A stretch of DNA of 53,619 bases, the filler included, from Catajapyx aquilonaris (lineage: Eukaryota): NCBI GenBank assembly GCA_000934665.2. It is 2 parts of 2 records of this genome, joined end to end, with 100 filler letters (N's around TTAATTAATTAA, not from the genome) between each part and the next. Parts side by side here need not be neighbours in the genome. Positions count along the whole stretch, not along the records: positions 1 to 26,778 come from JYFJ02005162.1; 1 more part is not named here. The stretch is one strand, 5' to 3'. Both the position numbers and the translations under genes were made by a program. Below, in pieces: positions 10,781-24,346 of the stretch. The notes under the pieces were generated by a model. That model saw only the letters and a list, made by a program, of their open reading frames with translations, was not told the DNA's origin and did not search any database. Numbering within the stretch: position 1 is the stretch's first letter; every line of letters begins with the position of its first letter.

Positions 10781-11849
10781 TTACCCCAGCATTATTACTT
10801 CAGAAAGTTTGCCAATTGGTGGACTTTGGCTCAAACAGCATCATCTGTGTAAAGATGAGGGTTACCCTACACACATTCACCAAGAAGGAGAATGGTGTTA
10901 TTCAGTTTTGTGCATAGCAGGCACAACACTCAATAAAATATAGCAGAAAAGGCACAAACAATATGGATCTGCCATGTGTCTTGCAGTCTTGTCTTCTAGA
11001 TCTGTAAAAATATATTCCAAGGTGTCACAGCTCATTCCACTGGTCTGGCAGTGTTGCATCTGTCTGACTACCATCATTTTTCGCTTTGCACAGCTACTGC
11101 TACTGTGTGACTGACACTCCACCTACTGGCAAACTGCCTGAACATATGAGTGCCAAATAAGTCCACAACTATCCCTCTCAAACAGCATCCCAAATGGTCC
11201 ATAAATTATTTCACTTTTCTCAATTTCATTTGATCTGTATAAATCTAATATGCCTTCCTAAGGAATGTGTTGGTCACATCAGAAAGGAAACCAAGCCATA
11301 GCAATGAGATGAGGACCAAAAACCCAGAGGAACTGCAACTTCCAACTTGTGTGTTGGGTTCACAATCCCCGCAAGTCCTGAAAATAGAGTGGCAGATTGT
11401 GGCAGAGACTGTAGTTGTATCCTACCCGATTAAAGCTCTGTGATAATTGTTATATGTTGATTTCATTTTCCTGCCTAATCTTGCATTTACCAGGTTCAAC
11501 AGGTAAAGTGCTGAATTACAATTATTATACAAAATATGATCACTAATCCATTACAAAGTTGGAAATGTGTGGATGTGGACTGTATACTGATTTCGCTTGA
11601 CTTGAAAGTACAGGTGATTCTGGATATAGCGACCTCGGCCGTAACACACTCAGTTGTGGCAGGCTCGAAAGGCTGGTCCCGCCATACTTCCATATGTGGC
11701 CTGTGTATTTGGCTATAACTGACCTCGGTTATGACAGACTGATTTCCGTAGTCCCTTGAAGTCTGTTCTATGAGGAGTCTACTGCAGCTTGACCACTCTT
11801 TCCATAGGCCGTATCATCCATTTCAAAAATATTGTCACATCAATTGGCA

Positions 11850-12079
11850 GCAAAATGGTGGGTGGATGAATAGGAGGGGATGTGCAATGTGTAGTGCAAT
11901 GTCTGAACTTGGTCATTTTGTGAACTCCCCCGGGTGGCTTAGTCTGTTGGAGATTGCCACCCGAAATGAAGCCGGAGATGGCCCAACTCTGCACGGATAA
12001 AGGTGGGAACCCCGGGTGGGGATTGAACCCGGGACCTTAATATCTGTGGGCGCGTTACCGCGGCGCCACTTCATCTCCC
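11850..12079 (-). mobile_element. tRNA-derived SINE
   Basis: Minus-strand A box (AGTGGCGCCGCGG) and B box (GGTTCAATCCC); body shared with 13833-14189. Confidence 0.8.
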
Positions 12080-13712
12080 TAAAAGTTGCAGCCCTAGTAT
12101 TAAGCAGTCATATTTTAGAAAAAAATATTCAGGCTTCATTTACAACCCTCATAAAATGCTCCTCAGCATCAGCATGAAAATGGATAAATATGTTCCAGCT
12201 GACAACAGTGCCCTTTAATGCCACATCTGCATGTAGCCACTAGCCACTGATGAGACAGATTTTAATGCAGTGACCTGGCAAAGTCAGATCAAGCAGAGTG
12301 ATAGTGACAATTTCTTGTTGTTTTTTTTGGCAGTGTTGCAATTAGAGGAGTTGTTTAACAATTTTTTCTTAGGTCACATGTGAACCCAAAATTGTTTATT
12401 ACTACTGAGCACAGAAAATTGCATTATGTTCCGGACATGTGCCATCAATAGACATTTAATATTTAATTAATGAATCCAAGATGATGGATTCCCATTGTAC
12501 TGTACTACAGTACGGTACCACATTGAAGGATCTTCGTGACTATATATGCAAAATTTCATAGATGCTATTTATTGTGAACAATATGCAACTCTAAATCATA
12601 AGAATCGCGTACCACTCCGTGAATATAAAAATACCTGTATTTCATAGCACTTTGTACGGAAATGTTAAGTGCGGAAAATAGCAAAACTGCACATTTTAAA
12701 TGCTGATTTTCACAATTCCAGCATACACAGTCTGACTAAACTGAGCTTCATTTAAAAAAAATTATTACCATTATTAGTAATTCGACCCGTTGACAAATTT
12801 TGGCAACAAGTTATCAAAACAATACCAGGATTGTTTTTTGAGTAAAGATTTCAACGTACAGTACATCTTGCCATTGCACGTGTATTAAAATCAATTCATA
12901 CTGATCATAATTGCAATTAAGGACCTTAATTGCAATTAATTGCAATATGCCAGACGTGCCATCTTCCGGTGGGTATGCGAGTGACTAGATACAGGTTCTG
13001 GCCACCAGAGGTCTGATGCTGTGCTGTTCGAGAGATGGCCACTATGTAGCGTCACCTACCCACAGCCCCTCCCACAACCCTGCGCCCTCCGTCGGTGAAA
13101 CTTGTCCACTACTTGTGTGGACTAACAGCCACTCCGCCAGTACAGGGCCAGAACGGGGTTACGCTGTCTTGTGCACTGACTTGTGAAAGGCACTACACTC
13201 ACAGACCCAAAGCATAACAGAGTGATTTGGGAGTTGCCTTTGGAAGGCTCATCAGAGACGGTCGCCTGGATTGGAAGCTCCTGTGGACTGATACCTTCAG
13301 GCAACACTTCTTGGATGTGGACTGGTTGCCATTTCTGTGCTTTGTACAACATATGTCAGGGCACTAGTCGTAGTAGGACGGCCCGAGATCAGGTAAACCA
13401 TCAGGGAGTCATGCATGAGAAGCCAGCACCTCAAACCAGTTTAGTAGGCCTCAGGTGTAGTTATTGTTTTCATACCCGAATGACTTACACAGTATCATCA
13501 CTCATATTAGAGGAAGTTGCCTTGTAAGCGATAATGACTGACACAATTGTGATAACTGTGGAAATGAACTGCAGGCATACTCGCTACTCAAAGCTTGCTA
13601 TGAAGATTGGCGAAAACTATGGATATGTATAAGGTTCAGATTGTGGACCCATAAAAATTAAGATTTGGCTCTTGTGAAACAAGTAGCAATATTATCGTAA
13701 TGCCATGCTATA

Positions 13713-14602
13713 TCCTCCTGAGACCAGAGAGAAAGTTTTTAACACAATGTCAGTTCCTGTTGCATTTTCTTAACATAAATATTGTCAATAAGAAATGAGA
13801 AAAAAATTATAGTTCTAAAATATTGACCACAACATTTATTATTATTATTTTTTGTGATACCCCTTGCCACCCCTTGCGCGGTATGGGGGGGACTAATTGC
13901 CCCAAGCAATATTGATGTAGTTCAATATTAACTGGTGCCTTGTACGAAGCGCCCGGGCCCATGGGCAGGGTAACTAAGAGGGGATGTCAAAGTGCAGTGC
14001 GAATTACTAATATGGGTACATTTTGTGAGCTCCCCCCAGGTGGTTTATGTCAAGGATCACCACCCTAGACGTAGCCAGAGACGACCCAACTCTGCACGAG
14101 ATAAAGGGGGGAAAGCCCGAGCTGGGGATCGAACCCGGGACCCTTATATCCGCAGGCGCATACGTTATCACAGCGCCACTACGTCTCCCATATTGACCAC
14201 AATAATGACAATAATTAACATAAAACTGACTCAATTGCTGCTACAAATTGCTGAAAAGTTAAATGCCACTCAATTGATCACCCACATAGTGCTCTATCCT
14301 CCAAACAATGTTTTTAACATTCATTTGTGGAATTTGTGGTAGCAATTCCTCTAGGAGGACAATCAAAGATAAATATGAAATTATTTTTCAAGGCCAAAAC
14401 TTCTGCCATGAGGCTTGCCCTTCTCATCTTACCTGCTAGCATGGTAGCTTGCTCTTCTAGATTTAAAAATGGAACTGTAGTGCAATAAAGCGCACTTCCT
14501 TGTGGATGTATAGGTTACAAGCAGGTACAGAACTGTTACATCCCATTCGTCGGGGGGAAAAAAAAACACAATCCCGTATGTGGACACCAGGTCTCAGGAG
14601 GA
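13713..14602. mobile_element. Non-autonomous DNA transposon with 13-bp TIRs, hosting a SINE
   Basis: TCCTCCTGAGACC / GGTCTCAGGAGGA with TATA on both sides. Confidence 0.7.
13833..14189 (-). mobile_element. Full-length tRNA-derived SINE with 13-bp TSD
   Basis: A/B boxes (AGTGGCGCTGTG, GGTTCGATCCC) and an AT-rich tail; ATATTGACCACAA at 13820-13832 and 14190-14202. Confidence 0.88.
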
Positions 14603-17600
14603 TATATAAGGTTTTATGTGTGATCAAATGTGCATTTTGATATGGTATGTCAGCCAGGGGATCACAGTGGCCAGCCTAAATGTTGCAAAACTTACGGGCC
14701 AATCCAAATGCTGTCAGTGTGAAGTGTACCACTTTTAAAATGGAGTTTGATGGGTTGATTGGGGGAGCTAAAGCAACTACAGGCTCTCGGACATAAGGGA
14801 GGTGAGATATTTGGACAGTGGGAGGATATGAGAGAATCACAAGAAAAACCACGTGAACCCAGAGGGAACCTCTTGAAATGAGACAATATTATATGTCTGC
14901 CTTCGGGATGAAATGCAGTACACCAAATGTGAAAGGCTGTTACATTAACCATTATTACCCCATCATGCTTTCTGCCAGAAAAAGGGCCTTTTCCAGGCAT
15001 GAGAGCAGTGCAATACATGCAGTTAAAGTTGCTGAGATGTGGGCATGTACTGCCTGTGAAATGTATCCTATTCGCATAGGATCGGTAGCTTTGCAATTTT
15101 TGAATGAAACTGTGAATTTGACATTCTGAGCAGCATTGTTGACTCCTCAGCCCTAAAACCTGACTTAATATTGCATGAACCCATAGTGTCTGATCGACAT
15201 CACTGAAATAATAGAATGACAAATTAACCACAATTTTTTTGTATCTTTTTTGCTTTGCATCATGATTATTTCTATAATTCAGATATTTTCATACAAGTTA
15301 GGGGTCCATATACCAGAATACCACGTGACCGATTTTTGGCCACTTTTTGACCCCCCCCCCCCCNNNNNNNNNCCCCCCCCCCCCCAAAAAAAAAACAAAA
15401 CAACTGTCACGTGGTCTGATCTGTCAGGCAACTGGATTTTGGAAAATGCGTAGTAAGGAAAACTGCAAATTTATTGCACATGACGATGCATCACAGAGCA
15501 TGTCAAAGCATATTTTAGTACAAATCAGTTGCAAGTCGAGAAATGAATGAGGGTTAATTTTTTGCGATTCAAACCTTGATATGTTGACAACGTACTTACA
15601 GTAAACAAGGATAATGTATGTACAATGCCTGTTTACTTTAAATAATGAGTTTTGTTTCATTATGAATAATTTTAAACATTCTCAGTCGAGATGCTGGCCT
15701 GTGTGAAAGTTGTTGCCTGCAATGAACATTTGCCAATGGTGCTGCCAGTCTAAGACGCATTTGTTTGGGAAGAATCTAAGGATGAGTATTACGATCTTTC
15801 GTGTTGCCACCTCATGGGGAGCTATCTAACCATAGGAATAGGTAAAATTCAAATGGAACCTATTCTGGAAATCAGCATTTATATCATCGGCGTAGATGAG
15901 AAGTCCAATTATGGCAGTTTGAGTTATGTACACCACTAAGTAGTGTTTTTTCTGCTTTATCGCCTGGTCAAGTAATGCATTTTTAAATGCATACTTTGAG
16001 GATAGGTTGGTATTATGATCAAGTTTGTACAAGCCATACATGTGTGAACATGTTTCTGTGACTCATTGCAGTGCTTGTGAGTGTGGATCAAAAACCGGTT
16101 CTGTGACAACCTCGTTTGACTCAACATTAATATCACAAGTTTGCAGATAATAATGTGACTTACGACAAAGATCCACCTTGAGATAAGGCCATTCCCATGG
16201 GGTTTAGGGTGTTCTCAGTAAAATCCTGCATTGTAGGTCCCATGAGTTTTAGTTCCTGATTAGCTCGTAGTAATAAGCTAACAAACATTAAAACCCATGT
16301 CTTGCATTCTAGTGGGCCCTGTAGATACAGTAGCTATGCGAAGTGTGCAGTGCCAAATATGCTAATGAATTTGAAACCAGCTAGGTATTGCTGGCACTTG
16401 ACATTTGCCTATTCTGGACTTTTTTGTGTGTGTTTTTTTTTTTTTTTTGAAAGCCTTTTATATTGCAGTCAGGAAATGTGGGTGTTCACATTTTCCCAGC
16501 ATAAAAACCAACCAAAAAAAAAAAAACTTTTTTTCGTAGAGCTATTTTTTTGTACAGAGCAGCTGGCTTCTTGAATGGACCATCACTTAAAACTCAGCAG
16601 TGGGGTGCTCTAAAATGTTTGATGTGAGATTAGCATGCAATATCACATTTTGTACATTGCAGACTGTTTATTATTACCCCAGGAATCAGGAAGCAAGTAC
16701 ACATGTATTAGAGTTTTTGTAGTCACCCTCCAAAACTGAGTTATGTGGTTATAGTTTGATGTCCTTGTTTCAAATTTTAGTCCATAATTTAATAAATATT
16801 GCTGCAGCATAAATGTCACGTATGGAGAGAGTGAAAGTAATTAAATAATGTTCATTATTATTCAGCATATATCCCTTGCTTTATTTGGCAATCTGTGCAT
16901 TGATTGTAACCATACCTGTTTCTCTTGCCATTAAGTAGCCTACAGTCACAAGGCAAAAGGCAGCTGACTTCAAAGGTTAAAAAAATTAAAACATTTAAAT
17001 TAGATGTTGTTTAACATCATTTACAATGCTTCTATTCTTGCTGTCACTCCTATACCCACAACAATGTCACATAACAAGTGATCTCCAAGGCACCATTCCA
17101 TTGTTAAGCCATTTCACAATAACACTACAGGGCTATGAGGTTAGAGAAAGGAAAGTTGTTGTTGAGCTACGCCTACAATTTTCACCTACTGTAGCTCCTA
17201 GCACATGTAGAGGAAATTATGGAGGTATTTCTTACCCAACAATGCCTGATTTTACAGCATAAAAGAGGCTTCTAATGTACCCAGAAAGCAGATTTCAATA
17301 TTGAAATCTGTTAGCATGATACCATGCCACATTCGAGGAATGTTTCCCAGAGATGCAGTACCACCTTTCCGTTATTCATTTTTATTGTATGTACAGTAGG
17401 CTACAGTATTAGCATAAGACTGACAGGCAGGAGGAAGTCCAAAGCAAACATGGAAAGATCATTTGTTCCTTACAGATGTTGGGAATGGTTGTTGTAAGTG
17501 CATCATTATTGGGCATGCTGATGTATTTGAAGGACACCTTTCTTGATGTGAGGGGGTGGCTGCCAAAAGAGACTCTCTTCGCTGAACCTCATTCCAAGAA

Positions 17601-20188
17601 AATGCCACTTTTTAAATTACGAGTTGTGTAGCTGAAAATTTGTTCTTTTGATCACATACCATAATCAAGAGCTTATAGGTACTGGTACCTGTCATGATTG
17701 GCAGAATTGAACAAAATCAGGCTTCTTTACCTTTTGACCTAGTGCTGCTTGGGTTGAAGTGACTGATTGTTAAGCAAATATTAACTAAGCTAAGTGAGGG
17801 AACTACATGTCACTGTATAATTAGTATAGCTGTTGATTGTAGTGTATTAATGTAAATTAGCCGCTACAAAATATATCCACTAATGCTGCTACTAATTATG
17901 AGTAATATATGGTAATTCTGGCAGTACAATAACAAATCAGGACAATGCCAAATGCTATTTGTAACCAAAAATAAGTAACGAATTTCAGGCGAATATCTCT
18001 GATAGTTTGTACTGGACCCGCCATATACGTGCACTGTCGTTCTTCTGGAAACTAGACCAGTCAACGTCATCCTCTTCCCCCTCCCAACCCCCAATCCACA
18101 CAGACAACCACACCATGAGTCAGAGGTCATTTCCGAATCTCTTGGAATCGGCCAAAAGGAAGTGGGCAAGCGCACCAACCCCCGCCTGCTATGATAGGGG
18201 GGGTGCTTGGGTCAAAACCTAAGTTTCAAGTACGGAACCCTGACCTTCCTGTGTGCGGCTCTGGTGCAATATCCGCTGTATCTAACCACCCTACAATTTA
18301 TGAAAGTTGAAGGTCACGAAGCATCGCGATGGGAAGGACGGACATATATCATGGTCCCTCCACTCGGCCCAGGAAGCACATCAAGGGGGCGTGGAAGCAA
18401 ACCCCCCCCCCCCCCCCNGGGGGGGAATCTGACAACAACAACATGGTCGAGATAGTGATAAAAAAATACTGTAGGGCAGTGTGGTTATTCCTTAATTGGA
18501 GTCTTGGGCCTAGAACGGGGTCATTGTACCTTATGGCGATTCAAGCTGGATATATAGTAGGCCTGGCAGTACATCAACAAAGCGACTATTGAGCAATATG
18601 TTGTTTACCATTTTTTTAAAGTTAGATATAACGGTGAGGCGGCGACCGCACTCGTAACGGACGTATGTTGACGTTGGACCTTTGTCCGTTTTTCGTAACG
18701 CATGTTAGATGGAAGTTTTGTGACCGAAATTGGCACCTGTCATGTCAGTCTTCATTGAGGTTATCGTGGGGCTCATCTGCAACTTTTGCGTACTGTACAG
18801 CAGATCGGCATGGGCCAGGGAAATTGCGAGAGTTTACCGGAAGGCGTACTTTTGAGGCTGACCCAGTAAAAAAGTGTCAGATGGACAGATTTGACTTGTG
18901 AAGATTTGATAGTGGTCCTTTTGTTCCATGGACCTTGGAGGCGCTTGAAAAGGTGTTTTGTTGCTGTGAATATGAGCCGAGGCTATAAAAGAGGAGGAAT
19001 AAAACTTGGTGGTTGTGTGGCCTCGGGTCCATTGTCATTCACCTGACCTGTTTGCCATGCCCGTGATGCGTAGGCACGGTGCCATAATTTGTGTGGCCAG
19101 AGTCCGAATATTTACTGAGCTAGATAAGATGGTATATTCATGGAATGCAGATATAGCGCTGTTGAAAATTCTGCCAAGGCAGCCGATGATTACACGGAAC
19201 AGGTCACGATTGCATGGTAGAAATATTACGTCACAATGTTCAGTGTTTAAAAACAACCACAAGAGTTCAGTGTAAAACCGGTGATATCTCGGTCCCAATT
19301 GTACGACATATTTGCATACATTAAATTCCTTGGAGCTATATGGTGTTCAGAAAAATAATTAATCTTCGAAGGTGCTGATTCATTCATTGAAGATCAGAAT
19401 GACTCGATAAACTTTGATCTACTTATGCGCATGTGGGTGTTGTAAGGAAGTGACGCAGATTGGCATTGGAAGGTGTCAGGCATCTTTCGCAGATGTGGCA
19501 GCATTGTATTTCTTATTGCAAGAACCGCGGCGTGTAATGAGATCAGCACTTTGCAGACCTCAGCTGTTCTTGGGTTTCATAAATACGCGCCACAGGTTGG
19601 CCCGTTGATGCTGCGTTGATGAGAGCAAGCGGGCGAACTATTTCACGTACTATAGGCCAGAACAAAGAGTGTGACATGACCTGTAAGATGGGTTTAACTG
19701 CGAGGTGTCAGTAGGGCGTGACAGACATGACCGTGCTCTGTGGTGTGACTCGGCACGTCTGAACCGGGCCACGAATTTGGGCGGAAAAACTAGGTGACGA
19801 GGTACTGCCTTTTTGCGGGGTTATATCACCGGGAAGATAAGTCTCAATTTACGATCTGGTCCCCCCTCTTGGACGTGACGGGACTTGGGGGGTTTCACTT
19901 TCTGATTTACGTCATCAAACGAGCTGATACCGTTAGTCCGTAAAAAGAGCTCGTTTGACCGAATTCACCATTTTATACGCGGAACTCGAGATAGCGCGAG
20001 AGTTTCATGGAACGCATTGAGAAACGCTGCATCAGCATGTTCTGAACCACCCTGCAATCATGTTTTTAATGCCATTCTTTTGCCACTTATGAGTCAAGGG
20101 TTGAATACCAAGAGTGCACTAGTGCAGAGGTTGAGCAGCCCCAGCGCATTCTTGCTCAATGAACCATCAACTCTCCTCTGGCAATACT

Positions 20189-20205
20189 TATTATTATTAT
20201 TGTTG

Positions 20206-20278
<73 letters not shown>
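20189..20278. repeat. (TTA)n microsatellite
   Basis: Direct reading; source of the spurious poly-L/poly-N ORFs. Confidence 0.95.
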
Positions 20279-20279
<1 letters not shown>

Positions 20280-20384
20280 CCCCAAAGCCTTTTCCGAGCG
20301 GTCGCGCGTGGCCTTGATAATTTTTATAAATTAAAAAATTAGTAATTTTTTTTCACATAATTTTTAAAATCGGCAATGCGCAAA

Positions 20385-20488
20385 TGGGTTTTTGTTCAAC
20401 AACTTCTAACAGTGGGNGGGGGGGGGGTCGCAGGTTACTTGACTATCATAAAAGGGGGTCGCGACCCGAAAAAGGTTGGGAACCACTG
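20385..20488. mobile_element. hAT (Charlie-like) MITE right end
   Basis: GGGGTCGCGACCCGAAAAAGGTTGGGAACCACTG is a typical Charlie-group terminus; left end not found. Confidence 0.6.
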
Positions 20489-21815
20489 GTGTACACAATA
20501 CCATGTGTGTAAGAGGGTATTATACCACCCCCACCCGTCGTCTCCCCTACGATATAAAATGATAGGGTAGAAGTGGAGAGTAGCTTATTGGCAGCATCCC
20601 GCGTAAGAGGAAGTAGCATCCGGTTCAAGAAACGTCACGGTAGGATGTCGAGTATTGGTGTGTTATACCGTATGGACCTCCCGGTGGTATTCCCCGAGTC
20701 CACGAGAGCATTGTCAAGACAGTCGGTTTACAAATGAAATGCCGTGATTCATACCGTCACCCACGTGCAACAACATTACGCTTCCGGTTACTCACGCCTG
20801 ATCTTCATCATAACATTACGGCAGGAAAATCGCAGGTAACCTTCAAGATTGAAACTCCGGAAATACAGGGTGGGTCTGCAAGGTCATCCGGTGTTGGATG
20901 GTACAATTTTAGAGCATTTCTTTGGGTATTTCCCCGCCCAGAATTTTGTGAGAGATTAGGGTGCCCCGGCTGTGGGAAGAGGGGGTGGGTGATAATATGC
21001 GTTATCTTTATGTGAAGTTCTCCTTATTTGTAGACTGTGCATGCTTGGTCTGATTTGGTGCGGTTTTGATAGGGTGGGGGGTGGGCAGCACATAGGGAAG
21101 AACAACATGTAATCTTGAGTTAGGGGGATGTGGGAAATAAATAAGGGGTATATTCTGGGCTCGAAATAAGTGATAGCGCTGACCAAATATCAGTCCTTAA
21201 ATTTGGCCTGGAGTAAATTATTAATAATAACAATAATAATGATCATGTAATTTGTCTAGGTCTTAGCTCCCCTCATATTTTACCACTTTGGTCTAGATTT
21301 CAGTTTCCTTCCCCACCATGGGCATGAGTCACAGTTACAATTATCTGGCATCATTTTTTGTGAGTGTGCCAGCTTGGAGGTCCACAGGGTTGACTGTAGT
21401 GTGCAGCACTCGGCAGTTTCTGCCCTCTTGGGCAACATCACATGCCCAAGGGCTCATGTTCATTTTGCTGTGACATACCAGTAGCTGGAAGGGTCATCCC
21501 CTTCTGCTCTTATTTTCCACCCCAAGGGCAGGTGGGCAGGCCTGTTGGGTTACACATTCCAAAGGACACCCTAGCTATTGTGCACAGTCCCTCCACCTGC
21601 CTGATTTTTCTATGAGTATATACCTGGCTTGAAACTTTTTTTGCTCTCTGTCGTTTGTTGTGCACTGTAAGTGATGTTATTTTGATCTTGATTCTTATTC
21701 TACAGTGACCTACCTGATGAAGTGTGGCCGCCACTTCTGGAGCATCGTGTTGTGAAAGACAGAAATTATGACCAGGTTGTGACAGTGCAAAAGTGTGGAG
21801 GCTGCTGTGGACAAC

Positions 21816-21904
21816 ATGAAAGGCTGGTGTATAGTACTTTTGTGTGTGCTCATAGGAGTTGGACACTGTTTAGAAGGACCAAATGTATGCACCAAACAGG
21901 AAAT
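21816..21904 (+). CDS. drpr: draper/MEGF10-like receptor, coding exon 1 (exon starts at 21706)
   Basis: MKGWCIVLLCVLIGVGHC-LEGPNVCTKQE: signal peptide plus the EMI-domain start GPNVC. Acceptor TTCTACAG| at 21705, donor |GTGAGT at 21905 (phase 2). Confidence 0.9.
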
Positions 21905-22638
21905 GTGAGTATTAGCATAGAAGGTGTGTGATTTAAATGTAGCACTTTTGCATCCTTGACTGAAATGTAACCAAGTTTTCTGGATTCTGATTTCTAATGG
22001 CATCGGTTTTTTTCCTATCACATCAGATATGTTGGTCAGTCAGTGTACTCTGAGCCGAAGGTATGGCAGAAATGGTGTGGCTTTACTAAATTGTAGCAGC
22101 GCAATCTCCAAGTTTGAAACTCTTGTTAGAAATGGAATATGAGTAATTAGGATGCCCAAGTAGCTTATGGGTATTTGTTCAAATCTGTATCTTCGTTAGA
22201 GCTGGACTGATTATGTGATACACAGCACAGGGGCACAGTAGAAAGAGAGGATTTGTAGCTAGTAAGCCCTCTGGCTAACAGAATCACAGTATAGGGCCAG
22301 AGATTCATCTAGAGAATAGTACTGACATCACAGGTTAGTTTTCATTGCTGACATCATTGTTTCTCATTTACCTGTCAGTAACCTTCTCTGATTGATTGAA
22401 AAGTAGGAGAGAATGCCAATGCAAAAACATAAAATTACATGCATGGAAGGAGCCAACTGAGTTATACAGTATTTGCATGGATCGTATATGAGAATAACAC
22501 TCCGCCAGCCCAGTGGTAGCTCCTCCACTACCATGCAACAATTTATCAGGAGAGGACATTCATGAGATCATAATCCTTGTTATGTTTTGAAATGAGGTTA
22601 TGTTTATACTGTAGTAATTTATGGTGTTTTTATTTCAG

Positions 22639-22765
22639 GCTCACAACTGTTGTAAGGGTGTCTGAGCAGAAGCCTGTTACTCATGTGACATATACATGGT
22701 GCTTGAATTTTCCACCAAGGTGTTCACGCTACAAAGTAACCCTGCAGACTGTATATAAAACCCAA
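22639..22765 (+). CDS. drpr: draper/MEGF10-like, coding exon 2 (EMI domain)
   Basis: LTTVVRVSEQKPVTHVTYTWCLNFPPRCSRYKVTLQTVYKTQ; TTTCAG| and |GTAAGT; phases 2 and 0 are consistent. Confidence 0.93.
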
Positions 22766-23038
22766 GTAAGTAACTATGATCAGTGTATGGTGGATATTCT
22801 CATAGTGTAGTGAAACCTGCCTGTAGCAGACCCGGGCTGTTACCGAAACCTGCCCCATGTAAAAAATAATTTATGGTCCCAGAGAATGGAAGGGAATAGT
22901 CTTACATGTCTGAAAATTTAACATTAAAATGCAGCAACATTAACCCTAATAAGATGGGTGGTTTTTCGCGTTTTTGCAAGTAATTCGCTTTCTTTGGGAC
23001 TTGAGGGACGAGACTTGACAACACTGGCGAATAAGATC

Positions 23039-23043
<5 letters not shown>

Positions 23044-23069
<26 letters not shown>

Positions 23070-23362
23070 TGATACCCCATTATCAGCCCTTCAGGCTTTA
23101 TTAGGGGGGGATTTCTCCCAATTTTTTTTTGTCTGGAACTCTTTCCATTTTTACTATACTTTTCATCGGAATTGAGGCAAGGATAGGTAAGGAAGGAAGC
23201 GGCTGTGGCCTATATTTACGGTAACGACCCCGGAATTATCCTGCGGTGACCATGGGAAACCACAGAAAACCATGATCAGGGTCGCCGGCCTCCGGGATTC
23301 GAACCCAGGACCTCCCGATTAGCAGTCGGACACCATACCACTACACCACTACTGCTTCGGTG
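23044..23362 (-). mobile_element. tRNA-derived SINE (second family) with (ATT)n tail and 13-bp TSD, intronic
   Basis: A box AGTGGTGTAGTGG, B box GGTTCGAATCCC; ATAAGATCATATA at 23031-23043 and 23363-23375. Confidence 0.9.
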
Positions 23363-23867
23363 ATAAGATCATATAGTGTCCAGGCTTGATCCTGAGGCCA
23401 TCTATGTGACCCTCCTCTCATGCATACGCAGTGGAAACTCTCAAATGCAAAACGAGTTGGTTAATGAATAGCTTAAGAAAAGTTAATGTGTTACATACAC
23501 CACACTGCTCCTTTTACTCCATAAAAGAGGTTGGGTGAGTTACATGGAATTCTCCAAATTGTTTGTCGTACATAAAGAACCAGTATCATGCTTTTCAAAA
23601 TGTTCATTTCAATTTTGTTAATAACCACAGTCATGGGTTTTTCAAGTAACACATATTATGCTGTTATTCTATTCTTTCACTTTAGGTAGAGCACCTAACT
23701 CAGTGGCTTAAAAAATCCAAGGGTTTCTCATTGTTACTAATTGTAGCTAACTTAACTGACAATTAACAACAAGGGAAAACCCATGTGTTTTATATACTGA
23801 TCAGTGATGTCAGTGCTCCTTTTCTTATTACTGCATGTAGATGTTATGTTGTTTTTGTTTCTTGCAG

Positions 23868-24036
23868 ACTGTTGTTAAACCTCAAGTGAAAGAAGTGTGT
23901 TGTCCAGGCTATGAAGTGAGTAATGATGCGAAGCACTGTGTAGCAGTATGTACACAGCCTTGCTTACATGGCACATGTGTGGGCCCTGATGAGTGCAGGT
24001 GTGAGAGTCGATATGGAGGTCCCAGCTGTAATCTTT
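23868..24036 (+). CDS. drpr: draper/MEGF10-like, coding exon 3 (CCPGY motif plus NIM/EGF repeat)
   Basis: TVVKPQVKEVCCPGYEVSNDAKHCVAVCTQPCLHGTCVGPDECRCESRYGGPSCNL; TTGCAG| and |GTAAGT; phases 0 and 1. Confidence 0.95.
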
Positions 24037-24099
24037 GTAAGTGTATATGTGCATATTTTTTTCTTGGTGTGTTTAGTGACATCTGACATTTTCCTTCAG

Positions 24100-24346
24100 C
24101 TTGTCCTACTGGCAAATGGGGTTCTAATTGTGAGCACAATTGTCAGTGCATAAATAATGCCACATGTGATCCGTTCAATGGTGACTGCACTTGCACCCGT
24201 GGTTGGCAAGGAACACATTGCAATATTGAATGCCCGTCAGGACGCTATGGCCAGCACTGCAAGGAGATCTGCAGGTGTCGCAATGGTGGTTCATGCGACC
24301 ATATTTCAGGAGCGTGTCACTGTGCTTCTGGATGGATAGGACCTTT
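24100..24346 (+). CDS. drpr: draper/MEGF10-like, coding exon 4 (EGF-like repeats)
   Basis: CPTGKWGSNCEHNCQCINNATCDPFNGDCTCTRGWQGTHCNIECPSGRYGQHCKEICRCRNGGSCDHISGACHCASGWIGP after a 63-nt intron; donor |GTAAGT. Confidence 0.95.

Noticed and set aside
20017..20334. Poly-Leu / poly-Asn ORFs
   Set aside because: Translation of a (TTA)n microsatellite.
20640..20835. Possible first non-coding exon of draper (CpG-rich, CAG|GTAACC donor)
   Set aside because: Plausible but cannot be supported without transcript data.
23285..23362. tRNA-Ser(GCT)-like gene, and similar heads at ~12.0, ~14.1 and ~25.7 kb
   Set aside because: These are SINE heads: each continues into a SINE-like body, and the 14.1, 23.3 and 25.7 kb copies also have tails and TSDs.
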